A DNA stretch of 64,000 nucleotides from Candidatus Methylomirabilota bacterium. GTDB taxonomy: Bacteria; Methylomirabilota; Methylomirabilia; Methylomirabilales; CSP1-5. The stretch covers positions 1,794-65,793 of the forward strand of contig VRUN01000003.1 in NCBI GenBank assembly GCA_019456075.1, in the 5' to 3' direction. Shown one piece after another: positions 27,551-36,840 of this stretch. Each line of letters starts with the position of its first letter. Position 1 is the first letter of the stretch. The position numbers and the translations under genes were made by a program. Under the pieces are notes generated by a model, which saw only the letters and a list, made by a program, of their open reading frames with translations, did no database searches and had not been told where the DNA came from.

Positions 27551-27566
27551 GGCAGGCTCCATGCCA
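27551..27566 (-). promoter_or_regulatory. sigma54-type -24/-12 promoter candidate for the REC-diPilZ-PilZ operon
   Basis: The minus strand reads TGGCATGGAGCCTGCC, about 150 nt upstream of ATG 27400. Confidence 0.6.
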
Positions 27567-27676
27567 AACCGGGCAAGATTCACTCAAGGAGCCAGGAACC
27601 CTCGATTTTCGGGGCATTGTTCCGCATCCCCAGCGTAAGAAATCTGGAGAGCGAGGCTTTTCCCAACTGCGATGCG

Positions 27677-27720
27677 TGTAAGATTTACACGGGGCCGATG
27701 TAAGGATTACACGCGGCCGA
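27677..27720. promoter_or_regulatory. Tandem 22-bp repeat with internal palindromes (candidate enhancer/UAS)
   Basis: tgtaagatttacacggggccga and tgtaaggattacacgcggccga are 19/22 identical. Each contains TGTAA-N3-TTACA. Their centres lie about 118 and 140 bp upstream of the -24 element. Confidence 0.5.
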
Positions 27721-27797
27721 GGGAGCGAAATTGCAGCCAGGGTAACGCGAGAGGACAGCGTGTTCCAAAGCGATGAAAGATGCCAAAGGCTATCGTT

Positions 27798-28241
27798 TCA
27801 TCTTACCGCGCCTACCAGTTCTTCTGCTAGGATGAGCGCCTTGTCTGCGAGATTATAAGCCCTGGAGAAATCCTTGACCGAAAGAGCCTCTCTGGCCTTG
27901 GACAGGAAGCTCTGAATGGTCGACACGAACTCCTGTTGGTCCTTGGCTAGCGTTTTCTGGTCAATGCGTTTAAACGTCTCCTCCGCTCCGTCGATTTTCG
28001 CCTCGGCCTGCTGCCTCAGCTGGGCCTCTTCCTCACGGCCCACTTGGGGAGCAAGCTTGCGAGGGGGAGCGGATGGCTCCTCTGTGACGGGCCCCGGTTT
28101 TGGCGGGGCCTCCCCAGGTTTCGATTTGGCACAGCCCGCAATGATGACTGCGAGGAGAATGAGGGAGCAGAGTGGTCTCGTTACTGCCGCTCCTTTCGAT
28201 TCTCTCGCCTCACTGCAAGGCATCTCTCTCTGCCAGCTCAA
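27798..28241 (-). CDS. Putative lipoprotein, function unknown
   Basis: Signal peptide with lipobox LAVIIAGC, a Pro-rich linker and a helical C-terminus. It immediately follows the histidine kinase gene. Confidence 0.65.
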   Translation of the reverse strand: MSWQREMPCSEARESKGAAVTRPLCSLILLAVIIAGCAKSKPGEAPPKPGPVTEEPSAPPRKLAPQVGREEEAQLRQQAEAKIDGAEETFKRIDQKTLAKDQQEFVSTIQSFLSKAREALSVKDFSRAYNLADKALILAEELVGAVR

Positions 28242-28249
28242 GATTGGGA

Positions 28250-30052
28250 CTATCCTACTGGAAGTCGCACGATCATGGTCGTCCCCCGCCCCACCTCCGA
28301 CAAGACCTCGATGAGGCCGTCATGCATCTGCACGACCCGGTAGACCAAGGAGAGGCCGATACCGCTTCCACCGGATTTTGTCGTGTAATAGAGCTGAAAG
28401 ATCTTGTCGGTGTCTTCAGGCGGGATCCCAACGCCGGTGTCGGCGATGCACACCTTGACAAACTCCCACCCCTCCCGTTCCGTCAGAATGTTGACGGTTC
28501 CTCCGGTCGGCATCGCCTGACAGGCGTTTAGCAGGATGTTCAAGAAGGCCTGCCTGAGCAGCTCTTCGTCGGCAGCCATGAGAGGAAGACTGCGATCAAA
28601 ATGGAAGGTGAATTGGATATCCTCTTTCTGCCATTCAGTCCCCAGGAGGGCCACCACATCTTTGAGTAGCGCGTTTAGGTCCAGCAGCTTCAAGCTCAGC
28701 TCCTCAGGGCGGATAAACTTCAAAAACCCCTGGACGACCCGATCCAAGCGCCGAATCTCGCTCCCGATGACCTCGAGGCTCTGGTGAACCTCTTCAGAGG
28801 GAGCGTCGAGCCTTTCCCTCAAGAGTTCGAGATGGATCATCATGGCGTTGAGAGGGTTTTTGACTTCGTGGGCCACGCCTGAAGTGAGCCTCCCAAGTGC
28901 CGTCAGTTTCGCCGAGTAGCTGATCAAGGACTGGACGGTCTTGATCGATTCCAGATCTTTCAGAGCTACCATGGCCCCCATCGCCCGCTGGGCATCCGTC
29001 ACGAAGAAAACCGACACCAGAAATTCCTTGTGGCCTCCGTCCCGGGGCACCGCGATGGCGGCATTGCGAAAGCCGGTTTGCTGCTCAAAGGCGTGCTCCA
29101 GCAAAGGGCGGAGGGGATGGGATAGCTCCAGCATCTCCTCCCACGGCCATCCGACGACTTGCTCGAGTGGCCTGGCCACAACGACCTCAGCGGCTTTGTT
29201 GAAGAAGAGGATCCGGCGGTCCTGGGTGAAGAGGATGATTCCATCCTCTAAGTGATCGACGACTTGCTGGAGTTGAGCCTTCTCGCTCAGCATCTTGAGG
29301 CGGTCTGCCTGCAGTTGCTGGCCCATGAGCTGGAGCTGGGAGGTCAGTTCACCAATCTCGTCCCCCCGACCGTGGGCGCCTCTCACCTCGAAGTCACCCC
29401 GCCCGATGCGGTCCACGTCCCGGGTGAGCTTCCGGATAGGCTTCAAAATCAGGGTGCCTAAACCCATCGCGACGAGCCAGGCCACGGGCAGGGCGAGGCC
29501 GGCGAGGGCAAGGCTTTTTCGCACCGAAGCGTTCAGCTCTCTTTTCAACAGGCTGGTGGCGATCCCGAGCCGGATGCTCCCGAAGGGCTTGTCGTTGAGG
29601 CTGAGGGGCAACTTGGCCTCGTAGATTTTTCCTGTCTCGTACAGGGCGAGGAAGCGGCCGATGGGATGGAGGGAGAGGAGCTCTTCTAGGCTTGGTCTCT
29701 CGGGGGCGTCTGCGCCCTCCTTTTCCCGTTCGCTGTGGAAGATCATCTTCCCTTTTTGGTCGGCGATCAGCGCGTACAGGAGGTGAGGCGAGTAACCGAT
29801 ACTCGCGTCAAGGAGACTTCTCAACTCCCCATCGCTCCTCAATGTCTCCGAGGGATCTTCGCCTCGCGCCCGAGAGAGGGAGCGGCTGCTTTGGGCGTAC
29901 ACTTGTCTGGCGATGAGCTCAGCCTGCCGCAACGCCTCTTGGACGACGACCCGAGTCAACTGGGAAAGGTGGATGAAGGTGGTGGTGGCCACCACCAGAA
30001 AGGTCAAGAGGGTAATGACCACCGCCTCTTTTCCTTTGACGCCAAACCGCAT
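28250..30052 (-). CDS. Sensor histidine kinase (TM-HAMP-PAS-HisKA-HATPase)
   Basis: 600 aa with H-box SGVAHEVKNPLN, an N/G boxes region (LLNACQAM, DTGVGI, GGSGIGLSLV) and a HAMP-like segment after the second TM. Confidence 0.9.
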   Translation of the reverse strand: MRFGVKGKEAVVITLLTFLVVATTTFIHLSQLTRVVVQEALRQAELIARQVYAQSSRSLSRARGEDPSETLRSDGELRSLLDASIGYSPHLLYALIADQKGKMIFHSEREKEGADAPERPSLEELLSLHPIGRFLALYETGKIYEAKLPLSLNDKPFGSIRLGIATSLLKRELNASVRKSLALAGLALPVAWLVAMGLGTLILKPIRKLTRDVDRIGRGDFEVRGAHGRGDEIGELTSQLQLMGQQLQADRLKMLSEKAQLQQVVDHLEDGIILFTQDRRILFFNKAAEVVVARPLEQVVGWPWEEMLELSHPLRPLLEHAFEQQTGFRNAAIAVPRDGGHKEFLVSVFFVTDAQRAMGAMVALKDLESIKTVQSLISYSAKLTALGRLTSGVAHEVKNPLNAMMIHLELLRERLDAPSEEVHQSLEVIGSEIRRLDRVVQGFLKFIRPEELSLKLLDLNALLKDVVALLGTEWQKEDIQFTFHFDRSLPLMAADEELLRQAFLNILLNACQAMPTGGTVNILTEREGWEFVKVCIADTGVGIPPEDTDKIFQLYYTTKSGGSGIGLSLVYRVVQMHDGLIEVLSEVGRGTTMIVRLPVG

Positions 30053-30053
30053 C

Positions 30054-31406
30054 TTACACCCCGTAGCGACGCAGCTTGTTGTGGAGAGTCTTCAGGCTCA
30101 CCCCTAAGATCTCGGCAGTTTTTGTCTTGTTATTGTTTACCGAGGCGAGCGTCCTCAGGATGAGGTCCTTCTCCGCTTTCTCGAGGCTGATCCCGACCGG
30201 GATGTTGACAAAGTCAGGACTCTCGTCCCTCGCCTTGCCCGCGAGGTTTGAGGGGAGGTGTTTTGGGGAAATGAGTTCAGTCTGGCAGGCGATAACAGCC
30301 CGCTCGATCGTATTCCGTAACTCTCGCACGTTTCCCGGCCATGGATACCGAGAGAAGAGTCGCAGCGTGGCTTCATCGACCGATTTGATCTGCTTCTCGT
30401 ATTTGGTGTTCAACTCCTCAATGAAGGCCTGAACGAGTAAAGGGATGTCCTCCCTCCGCTCCCTGAGAGGGGGGAGGGAAAGGTTAAAGACGTTCAAGCG
30501 GTAGTAAAGATCCTCCCTTAAGGATCCCTCATCAATCGCCTTCAGGGGATCCTTATTGGTCGCAGCCAGGACCCGCACATCCACCTTGATCTCTGCCTTC
30601 CCCCCGAGCCGCCTCACCGTACCGTCTTCAAGGATCCGCAGGAACTTGGCTTGGGTCGAAGGACTCATCTCGGCGATCTCGTCGAGGAAGATCGTTCCTC
30701 CATGAGCCATCTCGAAACACCCAATTCGCCGCTCCATCGCGCCGGTGAACGCCCCCCGCTCATGTCCGAAGATTTCGCTCTCCAACAGCGTCTCCGGGAT
30801 GGCCGAGCAGTTCACGGCGACGAAGGGCCGCTGGTTCCGGGGCGAAAGCTCATGGAGGATATGCGCCACCAGCTCCTTGCCAGTCCCACTCTCTCCGTAG
30901 ACCAGCACGGGGGCAGAGGTCGGGGCCGCGAGATCAATCAACCGGTAAAGGTCCTGCATGGTCCGGGCCGTGCCGACTATCTTCCCATACCCCCACACCT
31001 CCTTCAGCCGCCGCCGAAGGAGAGTCACCTCCCGAAGTGCTTCCCCTTTCTCCAGGGCCCGTTGGACCAGAGTTCTCAGTCTTGGAACGTCTACCGGCTT
31101 TGTCAGGAAGTCGTAGGCCCCCTCCTTCATGGCGGCGACCGCCGTCTCGATCGTGCCATGGCCGGTGAGGATGATGACCGTGGCGAAAGGCAACTCCTCC
31201 TGAATGGCCTTCAAGAGTCCTAGCCCATCGAGTTTAGGCATGACGAGATCGGCGATGACGACGGCTGGGAGGAAGGCCACGCCCTTCTGTAAAGCATCCT
31301 CCCCGTCAGACGCTTCCTCGACCTCGTACCCCCAGTTGGATAGGAGCGCCTTCAGCCCCTTTCGGGAAGCCCCTTCATCGTCGGTAACTAAGATTCGATG
31401 CCCCAT
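30054..31406 (-). CDS. sigma54-dependent response regulator (NtrC family bEBP)
   Basis: REC (ILVTDDEG...VIADLVMPKLDG), AAA+ with GESGTGKELVA and GAFTGA, and a C-terminal Fis-type HTH (KTKTAEILGVSLKTLHNKLRRYG). ATG 31406 has a GGAGGGAGG RBS. Confidence 0.93.
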   Translation of the reverse strand: MGHRILVTDDEGASRKGLKALLSNWGYEVEEASDGEDALQKGVAFLPAVVIADLVMPKLDGLGLLKAIQEELPFATVIILTGHGTIETAVAAMKEGAYDFLTKPVDVPRLRTLVQRALEKGEALREVTLLRRRLKEVWGYGKIVGTARTMQDLYRLIDLAAPTSAPVLVYGESGTGKELVAHILHELSPRNQRPFVAVNCSAIPETLLESEIFGHERGAFTGAMERRIGCFEMAHGGTIFLDEIAEMSPSTQAKFLRILEDGTVRRLGGKAEIKVDVRVLAATNKDPLKAIDEGSLREDLYYRLNVFNLSLPPLRERREDIPLLVQAFIEELNTKYEKQIKSVDEATLRLFSRYPWPGNVRELRNTIERAVIACQTELISPKHLPSNLAGKARDESPDFVNIPVGISLEKAEKDLILRTLASVNNNKTKTAEILGVSLKTLHNKLRRYGV

Positions 31407-31746
31407 CCTCCCTCCAATGCTGTGCAAAACACCAAGGAGTGCGCGAGATCTAGGCGAGGGCCATGCCTTACCCTGGCACCATCATGGATTTCTCCGTCGA
31501 GGGCCGGAGTATCACCCAAGCTGCGATCCCTGTCAAGAGCCTGGTGCATAACACGCCAGGGTGAATCGGAGGAGGCGATCTGCCGGACCACCCAGACGGT
31601 CCTCGTGGATGGCGGCTTCCCGTGAGACCTAAGCGACCACCCGATTCTGCAAGCGAGCCGCTTCCCCAGGAGGGCCTGAGTCGAGAGGTCCTTGATCAAC
31701 CCTGAAGGGAATTGAGATCAGATGTGCAAGATTCTTTCATGCTGAC

Positions 31747-32187
31747 TCACGATTGCTCTTTGTACGCAATCGCAAGAAGTCGGGCCTGTTTGGCCCACAT
31801 GCGGCGACGGGCCGCGGGGGTCGTATCGTCGTAGCCCAAGAGGTGGAGGATGCCATGGACTAAAAGGAGAGCAAGCTCCTGATCAAGGGAATAGCCGTGT
31901 TCTTTGGCCTGGCGAGCGGCGGTCTCGACCGAGATGACCACATCGCCTAGGAGATGGGGCTGCGGTGATGGGGAACCCTTTTGCTGCGGAAAAGCCAGGA
32001 CGTCGGTGGAACGATCATGGTTCAAATACGTCTGATTGAGCCGCCGAATAGCCCGATCACCGACGAGAAGTACCGAGACCTCATTCCTCGGTCTGCCCAA
32101 GACGTATAATGTCTTCTCCCCCACCCTTTTTAGCCGTGACAGCCCGACCCGCCGCCTCTTTTGCCGATTTCGGATCTCTATCCTCAT
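31747..32187 (-). CDS. ybeY: rRNA maturation endoribonuclease YbeY
   Basis: HGILHLLGYDD zinc motif. Start taken at MRIEIRNRQ (ATG 32187), which overlaps the upstream gene by ~107 nt. Confidence 0.88.
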   Translation of the reverse strand: MRIEIRNRQKRRRVGLSRLKRVGEKTLYVLGRPRNEVSVLLVGDRAIRRLNQTYLNHDRSTDVLAFPQQKGSPSPQPHLLGDVVISVETAARQAKEHGYSLDQELALLLVHGILHLLGYDDTTPAARRRMWAKQARLLAIAYKEQS

Positions 32188-33757
32188 CCCCTTTCCTCTC
32201 ACCCTCCTTCTTCTTGACCTCTTCGAACTTGTACCCGGGATAGTCCACCCGGTGGTGGTGGATGGCTGTGAGGACGCGGACAAAGGCCTTGGCAATCCGG
32301 TGCAGGTCCTTCAGGGTGAGATCACATTCGGACAGTTCCCCCTCGATAAAGATCGTGTTCACGATCCGATTGACCAGTCCTTGCACCCGGGCCGGCGTGG
32401 GGTCGGTCAGTGTCCTCCCCGCCGCTTCGACCGCATCGGCCAGCATTAGAATCGCCGCCTCCCTCGTCTGGGGCCTGGGGCCCGGGTAGCGGTAATCCTC
32501 TTCCTTCACCTCGCCGAGATCAGGATCCTGGGACTCTTTGGCCCTCTCGTAAAAATAGGTGACGAGGCGAGTGCCGTGGTGCTGCGGAATCATGTCTACA
32601 ATGGCAGGCGGCAGCCGGTGTTCCAGGGCCATCTCGATCCCATCCTTGACGTGGGAAATGAGGATGAGACTACTCAGACTCGGAGACAGCTTATCGTGCC
32701 TGTTCATAGCGTCCATCTGGTTCTCAATAAAGTAGGCTGGTTTCTTCACTTTGCCGATGTCGTGATAGTACGCGCCGACCCGACAGAGGAGAGTATTGGC
32801 GTCGATAGCGTCGGAAGCCGCCTCCGACAGCTCCCCCATCATCAAGCTATGGTGGTACGTCCCGGGAGCCGTCTTCATGAGTTGCTTGAGCAGGGGCTGG
32901 TTCAGGTTGGAGAGTTCGAGGAGTTTCAGATCGGTGGTGGTCCCGAAGAGATACTCCAGGATGGGGAGAAGCGTTGAGGCGAAGAGGGCAACCACCACCC
33001 CGTTCACGATGCAGGCCACCAGATCATACGCCAACGCTGGGGCTGACCAGCCGTAGATCGGGATGAAGACAACAATGGAGCCGACATTGGCCAAGGCGAC
33101 CCAGCATCCCGCCTTGAAGAAGGCGGTTCGGTCCTGGGACCGCCGGATGCTAAACGCCCCGACGATAGCCCCGATCAGTCCAAACAGGAGGAAAGTCACC
33201 TCATCCGTCACCATGACCGTGGTCAGTATGCCGAGGGCAATAGCCCCCCCAAAGGCCGTTCGGGCATTAAAGAGGACGGAGAGCAGCACACTGCCCAGGG
33301 CCACGGGGATCGTGTAGTAGAAAGACTGAAGAGAAATGAAGGAAAAACTGTGGTTTAAGGACTGGAGGACGACCAGGAGAAAGCGGTTGATCAGGATGGC
33401 CAGGAGGACCACCGTCCCAAGGAGGTACAGGTGCTTGGGGGACACTACCGGCCGGACCTCGAGGAACCGAACATAAAAGTAGAGGGCCCCGAGCACGAAA
33501 AGGGCGAGACAGCTGATCGCCACGACCGAAACAGGCCCTAGGGGTAAGGGACGATAGGAGGCAACCACCAGGCCTACGGTCACGACCAGCAGGATCCCCA
33601 GGACCAGGGGAATTACGGGTCGCTCCTCCGAGGTCCGAAAGAGTCTCCCCATCGGGGAGAGGCGGTAGCGATAGGCAGGCAGGGTCGTCGGCTTGCTGGC
33701 CATCTTGCTGTCGTTACCCTTCTTCGCCCCTGACGCAACCCACTGCGAGATCTTCAT
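32081..33757 (-). CDS. 7TM-HD (HDIG) membrane phosphohydrolase, PgpH/YqfF-like
   Basis: Multi-TM N-terminal region and an HD domain (YHHSLMMGELS, YYHDIGKVKKP). Confidence 0.88.
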   Translation of the reverse strand: MKISQWVASGAKKGNDSKMASKPTTLPAYRYRLSPMGRLFRTSEERPVIPLVLGILLVVTVGLVVASYRPLPLGPVSVVAISCLALFVLGALYFYVRFLEVRPVVSPKHLYLLGTVVLLAILINRFLLVVLQSLNHSFSFISLQSFYYTIPVALGSVLLSVLFNARTAFGGAIALGILTTVMVTDEVTFLLFGLIGAIVGAFSIRRSQDRTAFFKAGCWVALANVGSIVVFIPIYGWSAPALAYDLVACIVNGVVVALFASTLLPILEYLFGTTTDLKLLELSNLNQPLLKQLMKTAPGTYHHSLMMGELSEAASDAIDANTLLCRVGAYYHDIGKVKKPAYFIENQMDAMNRHDKLSPSLSSLILISHVKDGIEMALEHRLPPAIVDMIPQHHGTRLVTYFYERAKESQDPDLGEVKEEDYRYPGPRPQTREAAILMLADAVEAAGRTLTDPTPARVQGLVNRIVNTIFIEGELSECDLTLKDLHRIAKAFVRVLTAIHHHRVDYPGYKFEEVKKKEGERKGDEDRDPKSAKEAAGRAVTAKKGGGEDIIRLGQTEE

Positions 33758-33848
33758 CGTCCCCTCAACGCAAACGAATCCCCCCAGGGCTCACGGCGAT
33801 GATTACCTATCGGATGGAAGGTCACGGGTTGGACTCGCAGCTGACTCC

Positions 33849-34880
33849 TCAGTCTCCCTGTGCCGTTTCCGTGTCCTCCCCGTGCCGCTTGAGGTCTTCG
33901 GAGGAGAGGGATCGGGTCTGGCGTTCCTCATAGGCACGAATGATCTGCTGGACGAGCTCGTGGCGAACGACGTCCTCCTGGCCAAGGTAGACGAATTCAA
34001 TCCCCTTGACATCCTGGAGGACCGAACGAACCTCGATAAGTCCTGAGGTTTTTCCGGGAGGAAGGTCTACCTGAGTGATGTCGCCAGTGATCACCACCTT
34101 CGAACTGAATCCGAGCCGGGTGAGGAACATCTTCATCTGCTCAGAGGTGGTGTTCTGAGCCTCGTCGAGGATGATGAAGGCATCATTTAAGGTACGCCCC
34201 CTCATGAATGCTAGAGGGGCAATTTCGATGACACCCATCTCGATCAAGCGGTTCACTCGCTCCGTCTCGAGCATGTCGTACAGCGCATCGTACAGGGGAC
34301 GTAGGTACGGGTGGATTTTCTCGTACAGGGTCCCGGGGAGAAACCCGAGTCGCTCTCCCGCCTCCACTGCTGGGCGGGTGAGGATGATCCGACTCATCTG
34401 TCGCTTCAAATGGGCCGAGACGGCCATCGCCATCGCCAGGTAGGTCTTGCCGGTCCCGGCGGGGCCAATGCCAAAGACGATGTCGTGTCTCCGGATGGCG
34501 TCAATATAATACTGCTGTCCGAGGCTCTTGGGTCGGACCGGGCGCTTCTTAGGAGAGACTTCAATCACGTCATCCTGGATCATCCGGAAAGTCTCATCCT
34601 CCTCCCGAGCTATGTGCCGGAGGGCCAGCTTCACATCGTGGCTTCCGATGTCCCTTCCCCCTTCCAGGAGCCTGGTGAGTTCGCCGATTACCTTTTCGGC
34701 GATGCCGACCTGCTGCTCAGGCCCGCTAATGATTAGCCGCCCATCCCGGGCCACCAACCGCACGTGGAGACAATCCTCCACCATTCGTATGTGTTCATCG
34801 TTCCGGCCGAACAGCGCCTGAATCTTCGGTCCGGAAGGCAGAGAGACCTGCCTCCGAACGGCTGCATGCTCATCTGTCAT
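33849..34880 (-). CDS. phoH: PhoH-family ATPase (YbeZ-like)
   Basis: Walker A GPAGTGKTYLAMA, ILDEAQN, and an N-terminal KH-like extension. Confidence 0.92.
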   Translation of the reverse strand: MTDEHAAVRRQVSLPSGPKIQALFGRNDEHIRMVEDCLHVRLVARDGRLIISGPEQQVGIAEKVIGELTRLLEGGRDIGSHDVKLALRHIAREEDETFRMIQDDVIEVSPKKRPVRPKSLGQQYYIDAIRRHDIVFGIGPAGTGKTYLAMAMAVSAHLKRQMSRIILTRPAVEAGERLGFLPGTLYEKIHPYLRPLYDALYDMLETERVNRLIEMGVIEIAPLAFMRGRTLNDAFIILDEAQNTTSEQMKMFLTRLGFSSKVVITGDITQVDLPPGKTSGLIEVRSVLQDVKGIEFVYLGQEDVVRHELVQQIIRAYEERQTRSLSSEDLKRHGEDTETAQGD

Positions 34881-34950
34881 TAGCTGTGGGGCGCTTTCCC
34901 TCCCGAGAGGAATCAGGGGACGGCTGCCACCGTCCCCTAGTCTGCGTAAA

Positions 34951-34980
34951 ATGCTACCCCTCCTCTCCTCTCAGTGTCAA
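34951..34980 (-). promoter_or_regulatory. sigma70-like promoter candidate for phoH operon
   Basis: The minus strand reads TTGACA, an 18-nt spacer, then TAGCAT. It lies between the aspS stop and the phoH start. Confidence 0.3.
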
Positions 34981-35018
34981 CTGAAAAAGCACTATTTTTT
35001 CAGGGGGATTGCGGGAAG

Positions 35019-36773
35019 TTAGCTGACATCCGGTTTGAGGCGGAGCTCCTTGAGCTGGCGCGGGTCCACTGCCGCAGGGGCACCGGTCATGAGGCACTGG
35101 GCTCGCTGGGTCTTGGGAAAGGCAATCACATCGCGGATGGACTCGGCCCCCGTGAGCAGCATGATCAGGCGGTCGAACCCAAAGGCGATTCCACCGTGGG
35201 GCGGGGCGCCGAACTCAAGCGCGTCGAGCAGGAACCCGAACTGCTCCCGTGCCTCCTCCGGGGTGAATCCGAGGACATCGAACATTTTCTGCTGGTCCTG
35301 GAGGTTGTGGTTCCGAATGCTGCCCCCTCCCACCTCCTGGCCGTTGATCACGAGGTCATACGCGTTGGCCCGCATCTCCCCAGGGGGCTTCCCACGGTCC
35401 TCTTCCTGCGGGGCGGTAAAGGGGTGGTGGACTGCCACGTATCGCTTCTCCTCCTCGCTGTATTCCACGAGTGGAAAATCGGTGATCCATACCGGCCGGA
35501 TCAGGGTTTCCTCCACCAGGCCCAGCTCGTGGCCCAACTTCACGCGAAGGCGACCAAGGGTCTCCGCCACCCCCCTCGGGCTGTCGCCAATCGCAAGAAC
35601 CAGATCCCCTTCCTCGAGTTCGAATCGACGAATGACCCCCTGCAAAGCGCCAGGATCGAAAAACTTAGCCACCGGAGACTCAAGCCCCTTCCTCGTCATC
35701 CGGAAGGGGGTCAGCCCCTTGGCCCCAAAGCCCTTGACAAATTCGATGAGCTCATCGATCACCTTGCGGGAGAATGCCTCGGCCTTCCCCTTTACCTTGA
35801 TTCCCTTGACCTGCCCCCCCCCGGCGAGGGCGTCAGCAAAGGGACGAAAGGTGGTCCCCTGGCAGACGTCACTGATGTCGACGAGGAACATGTCAAACCG
35901 GATATCGGGATGGTCGAGACCGTACCTCGCCACCGCCTCGTGGTAGGGAAGCCGGGGGAAAGGTCGGTCCAGCGTGACCCCCTTTACCTCGCGGAAGAGG
36001 AGGGCGATGAGCTCCTCCATGAGGGCCAAGACATCCTCCCGGTCCACAAAAGACATCTCGACGTCGATCTGGGTGAACTCCGGTTGCCGGTCCGCCCGGA
36101 GGTCTTCGTCGCGGAAGCACTTGACGACCTGGAAATAGCGGTCAAGGCCGGCCACCATCAAGAGCTGCTTAAAGAGCTGGGGAGATTGGGGAAGCGCGAA
36201 GAAATGACCGGGATAGATCCGGGCCGGGACGAGGTAGTCCCGGGCACCCTCCGGGGTGGCCCGGGTGAGCACTGGTGTCTCCACCTCAATGAAGCCATGC
36301 CGATCGAAGAAGGCCCGGACCACTTGGTACGTCCGATGTCGGATCCGCAGGTTTCCTTGGAGGAGGGGGCGGCGAAGGTCGAGATACCGGTATGTGAGGC
36401 GCAGCTCCTCGCTCACCGGCCGCTCCTCGTCCAATGGGAAAACCGGGGTTCGGGCTTCATTATAAATTACCGCGTGCGTGACCGGAACCTCCACCTCGCC
36501 GGTCTTCAGATGGACATTCTCGGTCCCAGGCGGCCGGCGGCGGACCTGGCCCGTGACAGCGACCACATACTCGGGTCGCACCCGTTTGGCGTTTTCATAG
36601 GCATCGGCCCCGTGCTCCGGGCCAAAGAGAACCTGGACAATGCCTTCTCGGTCTCGGAGGTCCACGAAGATGAGACCCCCATGATCCCTCCTCCGGTGGA
36701 CCCAGCCCATCAACGTGACGGTCTCCCCCACCTTGGCCGCCGTCACCTCTCCGCAATAGTAGCTTCGCTTCAT
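35019..36773 (-). CDS. aspS: Aspartate--tRNA ligase
   Basis: 584 aa with a class IIb OB-fold N-domain and catalytic motifs (FRDEDLRADRQPEFTQ, GGGSIR). Confidence 0.96.
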   Translation of the reverse strand: MKRSYYCGEVTAAKVGETVTLMGWVHRRRDHGGLIFVDLRDREGIVQVLFGPEHGADAYENAKRVRPEYVVAVTGQVRRRPPGTENVHLKTGEVEVPVTHAVIYNEARTPVFPLDEERPVSEELRLTYRYLDLRRPLLQGNLRIRHRTYQVVRAFFDRHGFIEVETPVLTRATPEGARDYLVPARIYPGHFFALPQSPQLFKQLLMVAGLDRYFQVVKCFRDEDLRADRQPEFTQIDVEMSFVDREDVLALMEELIALLFREVKGVTLDRPFPRLPYHEAVARYGLDHPDIRFDMFLVDISDVCQGTTFRPFADALAGGGQVKGIKVKGKAEAFSRKVIDELIEFVKGFGAKGLTPFRMTRKGLESPVAKFFDPGALQGVIRRFELEEGDLVLAIGDSPRGVAETLGRLRVKLGHELGLVEETLIRPVWITDFPLVEYSEEEKRYVAVHHPFTAPQEEDRGKPPGEMRANAYDLVINGQEVGGGSIRNHNLQDQQKMFDVLGFTPEEAREQFGFLLDALEFGAPPHGGIAFGFDRLIMLLTGAESIRDVIAFPKTQRAQCLMTGAPAAVDPRQLKELRLKPDVS

Positions 36774-36840
36774 GCTCCCCCATTACCGTAAGCGGAAGGC
36801 CTGCAGCCCGACCCGCTCTCGTACCACCGGATGGTCTTTA

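Noticed and set aside
26909-27583. The longer 224-aa version of the receiver ORF starting at 27583.
   Set aside because: The extra 61 residues are Cys/Phe/Ser-rich and non-protein-like, and they would overlap the -24/-12 promoter. ATG 27400 is preferred.
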